Of a stretch of DNA of 64,000 nucleotides, positions 55,626 to 64,000 are shown in pieces. The stretch lies in the NCBI GenBank assembly GCA_964016885.1, contig OZ024753.1, positions 14,632,001-14,696,000 of the forward strand, written 5' to 3'. The position numbers and the translations under genes were made by a program. Every line of letters starts with the position of its first letter. Within the stretch, counting starts at the first letter, position 1. The notes below the pieces were generated by a model. That model searched no databases, was not told the DNA's origin, and saw only the letters and a list, made by a program, of their open reading frames with translations. Origin of the DNA: Eledone cirrhosa (Eukaryota).

Positions 55626-56300
55626 AATGTATGTATAGTATATGTGGTAATATACCATATGTTTAATTACAAACATTTTGAAGACCTTGCGCTATCATTT
55701 TAAAGTAGTGACTATGTCACTTACTTCTTTTTTCGGCAAAAGAAAGGAGAGAAGCTGACAGATTCTGTTTCAACCTTTTGGTGATCATCAGAGAAACGTA
55801 CTTCCTGACCTCTGCCGAAAATTATAGAGGCTGGATTCTTATAGAATTCCAGTAATAATCAGTCACTACTTTAAAATGATAGCGCAAGGTCTTCAAAATG
55901 TTTTTAATTAAAGATACGCTATATTACCAAATATACTATACATACATTCATGTATACATCGCTATTTCAGAGCACCAAACCTAATTTTTAATTTTTGCTG
56001 GACCGGCAATTGCTCTGTATTATCAGTTCCTGATTATTACTGGAATTCTATAAGATTCCAGCCTCTATAATTTTCGGCAAAGGCGGGGAGTACATTGCTT
56101 TGAGGAACACTAACAGTGTGAAACAGAATCTGTCAGCTTCTCTCCCTTCCTTTGCCGAAAAAAGAAGTGACCTAGTCACTACTTTAAAATATTAGCGCAA
56201 GGTCTTCAAAATGTTTTTAATTAAACATACGTATATTACCAAATATACTATACATACATTCATGTATACATCACCATTTCAGAGCACCAATCCTAATTTT
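55626..56300. mobile_element. Penelope-like terminus: inverted copy plus partial direct repeat, with family D hammerheads (55754-55794 minus; 56097-56137 plus)
   Basis: 55626-55861 is the inverse of about 56031-56260, and 55861-55990 is repeated directly at 56174-56300. Motif CTGATGA or TTGAGGA..GAAACAG aat CTGTC. Confidence 0.75.
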
Positions 56301-56308
56301 TATATATA

Positions 56309-56401
56309 CAGGGTGTCCCCAAAAATTTGACATCATTGATCTAGACTTAGTAGTTTTTGAGATATTTGCTTTTAAAATATAAAATTTTTTGGGACACCCT
56401 G
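56309..56401. mobile_element. 93-bp Tc1/mariner-type MITE
   Basis: TA|CAGGGTGTCCC..AAAAATTT / AAATTTTTTGGGACACCCTG|TA. Confidence 0.85.
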
Positions 56402-56419
56402 TATATATATACATATACA

Positions 56420-56760
56420 TTTAACAGGTATTTTAATGGTGTAGTGAACAGTTTATTATATATATATTTCAAGTATTTAACTGTCCTTTTAATGATGTAG
56501 GGGAAGTTTATTATATCCATACACATTATTTTAATGGTGTAGAGAACACTGTATTATATCTATATCTAATATTTAACATGTATTTTAATATAGTATGGGA
56601 AGAGTGTTATATCTATATCCAGTATTTAACAGGTGTTTTAATGGAGCAGGGGGGAGGTTATTATATATATATATATATATATATACCAAGTATTTAACAG
56701 GTGATTTAATGGCATAGGGGAAGTTTATTATAGCTTTGATATTTTAACAGGGTGTGAGAC
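56420..56760. repeat. Degenerate ~55-60-bp tandem repeat
   Basis: Recurring atttaacaggt.ttttaatgg..gtttattata. Confidence 0.65.
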
Positions 56761-57607
56761 AGTTTAAATGGGTTAGATGAGATTTAATTATATCTATCTC
56801 TAACATTTAATGTTTGTATAAGGGGTAGAAAAGAGAGAATGTAAGCTGAAGCTGACATTGTTTGGGATTTTAACTAAGAGTGGCACAGGAAGGAAGATGC
56901 AGTAGAGGAAGACCACGAAAATCATGGGTGGAGGTGGTGAGAGCTGACCTGAAATCGCTGAAACTCATGGAGGAGATGACTAAGGACTGGGACGAATGGA
57001 ACAGGACCCACCCCACCCTTGCAAGCAGGGAAAAGCGGACATAAAATGATGATGATGATGATGATGAATGTAAATTCAAAACATAACATTCTAGAAATAT
57101 TTGTTCCAAGCCCAGAGGCTCATCAACCGAGAGATTATTTTGGTTTCATTGGTGTTAAATAACTGAAAATACAAGACTTGTTTGTAGAGAGGGAACCCGA
57201 CTATTACAGAGTTAATCCCAGATGCCACTGGTACTCCAGATGCCACTGGTACCCCAGATGCCACTGGTACCCCAGATTCCACTGGTACTCTTTTGGACTG
57301 GAAGGACATGAAATAAAATGTCTCAAGTACTCAACACACTGTTCAATCAAGGAAGTGAATACACAAGAGCCCCTAGGTCATGTGATTTCACATTCTGTTG
57401 TTATTTTATTGGTTTCAGTCATTTGATTGCAGCTACATTGAAGCACTACCTTGAAGGGACTTAGCTGATCATGTCATACTTATATCGTTTTGACAAACTG
57501 CTAAATTATAGATCATAAACAAACATTCACAAATATATATAACATATATATATATACACACACATACATATGTACACACACACACACATATATATACATA
57601 CATATGT

Positions 57608-57945
57608 GGAGGCACATGGCTTAGTGGTTAGAGCATTGGCCTTGCAATCGAAAGGTTGTGAGTTCAATTCTCAGACTGGGCGATGTGTTGTTTCCTTGAG
57701 CAAGACACTTTATTTCACATTGCTCCAGTTTACTCAGCAGTAGAAATGAGATGATAGCGACTGGGGTCCCTATCATTCCATTGCAAGGTGGTCGTGGAGG
57801 TGCCACGGCAAAAAAGCACCCAGCACTCACTATAAATGAGGTTGGTGTTAGAAAGGGCATCCAGCTGTAGAAATCAAGCCAGAATCAGTTCCCGTCCCAC
57901 CCTTGCAAGCAGGGAAAAGCGGACGTAAAATGATGATGATGATGT
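57608..57945 (+). mobile_element. SINE family 1
   Basis: Full-length match. A related SINE with a different tail follows at 58012-58335. Confidence 0.85.
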
Positions 57946-57952
57946 TGTTGAT

Positions 57953-58009
<57 letters not shown>

Positions 58010-59763
58010 TAAAGGCACATGGCTTAGTGGTGAGAGCATTGGGCTTGCAATCGAAAGGTTGTGAGTCTGATTCTCGGACCGGGTGATGCTTTTTGTCCTT
58101 GAGCAAGACACTTTATTTCACACTGCTCCAGTTCACTCGGCTGTAGAAATGAGTTGCGATGTCACTGGTGCCAAGCTGTGGACAACATCAGTGACGAGGA
58201 AGAGGGGAGACTGGTATATATGGGCAACTGCTGGTCTTCCTCAAACAACCTTGCTTAGACTTGTGCTTTGGAGGGAAACTTTCTAGGTGGAAATCCCATG
58301 GTCATTGGTGACTGAAGGGGATCTTTACCCTTTGTATACACACACATACACATATATATAAATATATATAGTTTCAAAAAGAGCCTGCATGACTAAGTCT
58401 TTAAGATTGAATTCAAAATAAGAGCACCCAAGACAAAGACAATGGGAAAAACAACAGAAAGACAGACAGTTCCATCTCGTTGGTCAACCTCTGGAAATTA
58501 CTATGGTTTCGATTAATAGTCAGCAGTAAGGGAACTGAGAAAACCACAAACCAGAAAACTATCGTATTTCCCAGCATCGAAGATGCTACGTTTTCCTAAA
58601 ATAAGTCTAAAAAAAATCTTCCATGCATCCTGGAGGCCAAAGGTAGCTTATTATTTTTTTCAAATTTTTGGTTGTCAAAAATTAAGGTGCTTCCTCATGA
58701 TGAAGCGTCTTCAGTGCCAGGAAATATGGTACTTAAGACATGGTATGATACAGAGTGGATGGTTAGTTAGCTGAAGCTATATAGTTACAAAATGAACTCT
58801 TTAGTTAGATAGCCATATCTGCTAGTACATGTATCATCATCACCGTTTTACATCAATTCTTCCATGCTAGCATGGGTTAGACAAGTTGACGTGTTGTTGG
58901 CAATGCTAGGTCAGGTGACCATGCCTTGCTTATACAGAACTGATTTGGGCTTGGTTCCTACAGCTGGATGCCCTTCCTAACACTAACCTTATTTATAGTG
59001 AGTATTGGGTGCTTTTTGTCATGACACCTACACGACTACTTTACAGTGTAGGCTGGGTGCTTTTTGTTGTGACACCTACATGACCACTTTACAGTGGGAG
59101 GGGGGTGGGGTGCCAGAGCATATTGTATATATGCTTCGGCTTGTGCCTGTGCAATGCCATATGGTTGCAAAATGAACTCTTTAGCTACATAGCCATGTAG
59201 CTGCTGGTACATATTGAAAACTGAAAACAAATGAGATACACAGGACAAGGATATTCTATAAATCATTATCTATAATGTCACACCTTGATACAAATATTGT
59301 TAAATAGAAAATAAAACTAAATATTTCACTTTGGCATGAATAGTAAATTACTATAAATTATAAATTAACATAAATAAGTAATATATTAACAGAAATTAGA
59401 AAGGAATTAACATAAATTTAATGTGAACAAATTCAAATGTTATAAAATGTATCATGCAGAACCAGCCATTGTATCAGAGACAAGAATTTGTTGAATCATC
59501 ATCATCAAAGATCAAATTATCTGACTATCATGCAAGTATTCTAGTAATGACAGAAGTGAAAGAGTGACCACTTGAGATAGACATCTAAATAAGAGTGACT
59601 ATACAACTAACTAGGTGTTCTTACATACATTTACAAAATATACACAGATTCAGTGTATATATATCTATATATATAAAAGCACTTATGATCTAATTCAATG
59701 TTTATACACGCACACACATATATGTAGCACTTATGTTCTAATTCAATTTTTATACATATATAC

Positions 59764-59800
<37 letters not shown>

Positions 59801-59948
59801 GTAATAATAAAAATTTGAAGACTAAAATCCAAAGATTTCAGAAGATCCCGTTAAGGGTGAAAGCAGCGATTCTTTGCTTAAACTTTAATCTGTTATTTTA
59901 ATAAATATATATATTAATAAATGGAAACTATATTTATAAAACCATATT

Positions 59949-60013
59949 TATTTCATTATACGTATTTCAAGGACACCAAAGCAAATTATGGTGTGCTTTC
60001 ATCAGATAAAATA
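59949..60013 (-). ncRNA. Type I hammerhead ribozyme (family A), left arm of fold-back 59909-60383
   Basis: TATTTTAT-CTGATGA-AAGCACACCA..TGGTGTCCTT-GAAA-TACGT-ATA|ATGAAATA, with stem III palindrome ATACGTAT. Confidence 0.8.
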
Positions 60014-60279
60014 TAATATAGATCAGTTTTATAAACAAATATTGACATACCCTTAAAAGAATGCAACCATGCCTGTTGGAAGCTCCCGGATAGTGGGGTT
60101 ACTAATTTTATTATTGGTCTATTACGCAAATTAGTATGGGATTTAAACCTCTCCGACACTAATTTGCGTAATAGACCAATAATAAAATTAGTAACCCCGA
60201 TATCCGGGAGCTTCCAACAGACATGGTCGCATTCTTTTAAGGGTATGTCAATATTTGTTTATAAAACTGATCTATATTA

Positions 60280-60344
60280 TATTTTATCTGATGAAAGCGC
60301 ACCATAATTTGCTTTGGTGTCCTTGAAATATGTATAATGAAATA
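60280..60344 (+). ncRNA. Type I hammerhead ribozyme (family A), right arm
   Basis: TATTTTAT-CTGATGA-AAGCGCACCA..TGGTGTCCTT-GAAA-TATGT-ATA|ATGAAATA. Confidence 0.8.
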
Positions 60345-60466
60345 AATATGGTTTTATAAATATAGTTTCCATTTAGTAATATATTGTATTTTTACTCCAA
60401 AAATTTGTATCAGTTATAAAAATATTTGCTTGTTGTATCCCAACAAATTAAATATAACTTCTACAC

Positions 60467-60499
<33 letters not shown>

Positions 60500-60634
60500 A
60501 AAGTTTATCCCGGGTTCAATCGAGTTTAACCACAGTAAGGTACTCAATACATTTAGCGGTCACTCTAACACTGACGGGTACCATCGCTGAATGTTAATAT
60601 CGATAGTTTTTTTTTTTATATCGATATTATTGGG

Positions 60635-60761
60635 CCTCCACTGATGATTTATAAGTGCCCACCTACATATATTCCTATAGACTATGTGTAGGCTTCTACA
60701 TAACCTGGACATTATTTTCCCAACTTGCAGAAAACTTATAATGAAACGATCGTTTGGAAGG
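60635..60761 (+). ncRNA. Type I hammerhead ribozyme (family E) with an ~80-nt stem II insertion
   Basis: CCTCCA-CTGATGA-T-TTATAAG..CTTATAA-T-GAAAC-GATC-GTT|TGGAAGG, with stem III palindrome ACGATCGT. Confidence 0.72.
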
Positions 60762-60937
60762 AGGGGTGTATTTAATTATGTCTCATATAAAATAATACAA
60801 CTGGCTATCTGCAAAATACGTATAGTTAGCACCCCAAACGTATAACTGGGATTATACTAAGGTATATCCTAATGTTTGTTGAGTGAGACGGAAGTCGGTT
60901 GGAGTATTGCTTAAAGCTTTCCCTGTTAATGTATTAA

Positions 60938-60976
<39 letters not shown>

Positions 60977-61084
60977 TATATATATATATTTATATATATA
61001 TAAAAGTTTATCCCGGGTTCAATCGACGGTAACCACAGTAAGTAAGGTACTCAATACATAGCAGAGTATAATTATTATATTAAC

Positions 61085-61435
61085 TTAGGTAATGGAATAA
61101 TTATATTAAGTTGTTTATTATTTAACTAAATAGCTCTGTACTACACATAGAGCACTCTTCTTTCCTTTACCTTTTCTACAGAAATACATAACATATGTAT
61201 GTATATTTAATATAGAAATGGCTTCTACAGGACTAGAACTGTTTCATTCGGAGGAAATCATCATGGTTTTCCAGATGATTTCCTTCGAATGAAACAGTTC
61301 TAGTCCTGTAGAAGCCATTTCTATACTAAATATATATACATATGTTATGTATTTCTGTAGAAAAGGTAAAGTACAGAGATATTTAATTATTTAATAAGCG
61401 ACACAATATAATTATTCCATTACCTAAGGTTTCAT
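61085..61435. mobile_element. Penelope-like fold-back with truncated hammerhead remnants
   Basis: Inverted arms centred near 61268. The centre reads (C/A)(A/T)GATGA-T-TTC..GAA-T-GAAAC..GTC. The outer arms match the family B terminus. Confidence 0.65.
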
Positions 61436-61478
61436 GAAACTAGACAATCTTAATAGAAATGTCTAGTATGTTCTAGAT

Positions 61479-62173
61479 CAAAGGTTCTAAACGGGGGCAT
61501 ATGCACCCCCGGGGGGCGTTTCGGAACAAAGTGGCGTTAGGGGGGCGTTTGGAGCTGGGGAGGGGGGTCAGGAGGGCGCTGGAAGGTTCTTTACTTTGGT
61601 AAGTTTTATAAGCCATATTTGTATGTCTCTGAGACAGCCAGTGTGAATGCATTTGAATGAGCTTGCAGACAGCATAACTATAGTTATGCTGTCTGCAAGC
61701 TGTGAGCAGGTGTGCAGGCATAACCTGTAATTGAGATCCTAAAAATGGAAAAACCCACAGTCAACTGGGTCAAAGACACTTTGAGTGCAGCCAGTTAGAA
61801 TCTTATCTTTCCTTCACCGATAACAATGTATTTCATGTCTGAAATTATTGACTCATCCGCAACGAGTTAACACTATGTAGATCTATTTTATTCCCTATTG
61901 TATAAATAATATTACAAATAAAAAAAAGAAAAGAAAAAACAGAAGCGAGTAGTACACACATCTAGGACCACATACAACACATAATCAGATTTTACACACA
62001 TCTTTGGAATATTGTTAATCAATTTTTTAGTAATCTAAAATAAAATAAAATTTTTAGTAATCTGATATAAAAATCAGTAGTATATTGAAAAATGGAAAAA
62101 TAGGGTGGCGGGGCGTTTCGTTATTTCGAGGGACAAAAGGGGGCGTTTGGACTAAATGGGTTGAGAACCTGTG
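61479..62173. mobile_element. Non-autonomous hAT (Charlie/Buster-like) DNA transposon
   Basis: TIR CAAAGGTTCTAAAC / GTTGAGAACCTGTG, 8-bp TSD ttcTAgat/ctcTAgat, and GGGGGCG subterminal repeats. Confidence 0.85.
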
Positions 62174-62402
62174 CTCTAGATATACAGTCCTCGTAGGGGG
62201 GGGGGGGAGATACATATCCTAATGTGGACGTCCCTTCTAACCCATGCAAGTATGGAAAAATGGACGCTAAACAGTGATGATATATATATATATATATATA
62301 TATGTTAGAAAGAGATGGTGTCCAACGGCTAAGCTCTTGCCATTTTGTCACTTAATTTGAGACTATATAATAAGTGAGCTCGCAGCTGAAGTTAGGCTCT
62401 AA

Positions 62403-63316
62403 TCTATATATATATAAAACTGAGGATGTCTGTCTGTGTGTGTGTGTGTGAGTTCGAATCCCTAAAACTCGAGAACCACCCAACCGACTGTTTTCAAACT
62501 TTACACATGTAATACGTATGTTTCAGGGAGTGTTCTGAGCAAAAATTTTCAAATTTTCAATGCCCTAGGGACTGCATTAGGCGATTTAGCGATTTCGCTC
62601 TGCAATTCTTAGTCTTTCTCTTTTTAGATAGACACATACATATAACGTCGCGCCCTTATAATATCTGTCTGTATGTCTGCCTATCTGCATTACGTCACTT
62701 CCCTGACAATGTCTGTCTGTGTGTGTGTGTCTGAGTCTGAATCCCTAAAACTAGAGTACCCAACCGATTTTTTAAAAACTTTACATGTGTATTACTAATG
62801 TTTCAGGGACTGTTATGCATATGAAAAAATTCAACTTTCTTTATCTCCTTTTTTATACCGCATTTGGTGAAAAACTACGTTTTTTAAGATATTTAGGGGA
62901 TTTTTGAGGCGTTACGTCAGACCGATTTCCTTGAAATGTATTAGTCAGTCTCTTCTTCATACCGTAAGCAAAGAAAATCCAATTTTCTTATGGATGGACT
63001 AGGGCCCGCATTAGGTGAAAAACTTCATTTTTTCAGCTTCTTAGGGCTTTTTGGAGGCGTTACATCTAGCCGATTTTCCGAAAATTTAAAGGCATATTAT
63101 GCACATATTTTCTTGATCTCCTAGGGCCCGCATTAGGTGAAAACCTGCAATTTTCCTGCTTCATCGAGGAAAATGTTAAAGATTATCCAGCCATCAAAGT
63201 ATTTGGTTTATTTTCTTTACATATTGTCCAGGCATGCAGTTTTTCCACGATTAGGTCTGTTGGCGGCCTGCGTTCCAAAATACCTTATCCCGTGCAACGC
63301 CGGGTACCACTGCTAG
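62403..63316 (+). mobile_element. Non-autonomous Helitron-like element
   Basis: A|TCTATATATATATAAAA...GC-rich hairpin CCCGTGCAACGCCGGG...CTAG|T, internal duplications, no TSD. Confidence 0.8.
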
Positions 63317-63520
63317 TAAGATATAAAATTCAATTAACGATGTTTACTATTTTTTCAATTCACAGGGAAAATCTTATTTTCTGGTATGTTTACATGCCTA
63401 CATAGTAGATATGTGTATAAATATATACACATTGCTGCTGTCTCAGTTACACACACTGTATTAATACAGATATAACTTTATTACACACTTTGGCTGCTGG
63501 AACACTGATTAATATAAATA

Positions 63521-63554
<34 letters not shown>

Positions 63555-63699
63555 AATAAATATATATATATATACATACATATATATACACATACATATA
63601 CATATATACATACATATAGACACACATATACATATATACATACATACACACATATACATATATGCATACACACACACATATACATACACACATATACAT

Positions 63700-63738
<39 letters not shown>

Positions 63739-63741
<3 letters not shown>

Positions 63742-64000
63742 TTTCATTTCATCATCATTTCATTTTACGTCCGCCTTTTCCCTGCTTGCAAGGGTGGGAC
63801 GGGAACTGATTCTGGCTTGATTTCTACAGCTGGATGCCCTTCCTAACACCAACCTCATTTACAGTGAGTGCTGGGTGCTTTTTTTCCGTGGTGCCTACAC
63901 GACCACTTTGCAGTGGAATGATATGGACCCCAGTCCCTATCATCTCATTTCTACAGCTGAGTAAACTGGAGCAATGTGAAATAAAGTGTCTTGCTCAAGG
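63739..64000 (-). mobile_element. SINE family 1 (runs off the window end)
   Basis: Tail and body match. Confidence 0.85.

Overview
AT-rich, repeat-dense eukaryotic DNA, most likely from an octopus or other coleoid cephalopod (inferred from the SINE, LINE and microsatellite content). It is largely intronic sequence of a minus-strand small-conductance Ca2+-activated K+ channel gene (SK/KCNN). Three coding exons were read by eye and are absent from the ORF track as correct-frame ORFs: S6 (28010-28120), CaM-binding domain part 1 (18225-18352) and part 2 (9603-9672). The introns hold two tRNA-derived SINE families, RTE, CR1 and possible CRE LINE fragments, a Penelope-like RT fragment, piggyBac-, hAT- and mariner-type MITEs, Helitron-like elements, and several minisatellites amplified from TE parts. 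The most notable structure is a set of about 14 type I hammerhead ribozyme motifs (about 10 with intact cores) plus degenerate remnants. They belong to several families, mostly sit in fold-back Penelope-like termini, and show covarying palindromic stem III, long stem II insertions and a recurrent U.U pair next to the core. Several are in the sense orientation of the channel pre-mRNA, one about 400 nt upstream of the S6 exon acceptor. Almost all long ORFs in the supplied track are tandem-repeat artefacts. All coordinates and pairings were determined by hand.
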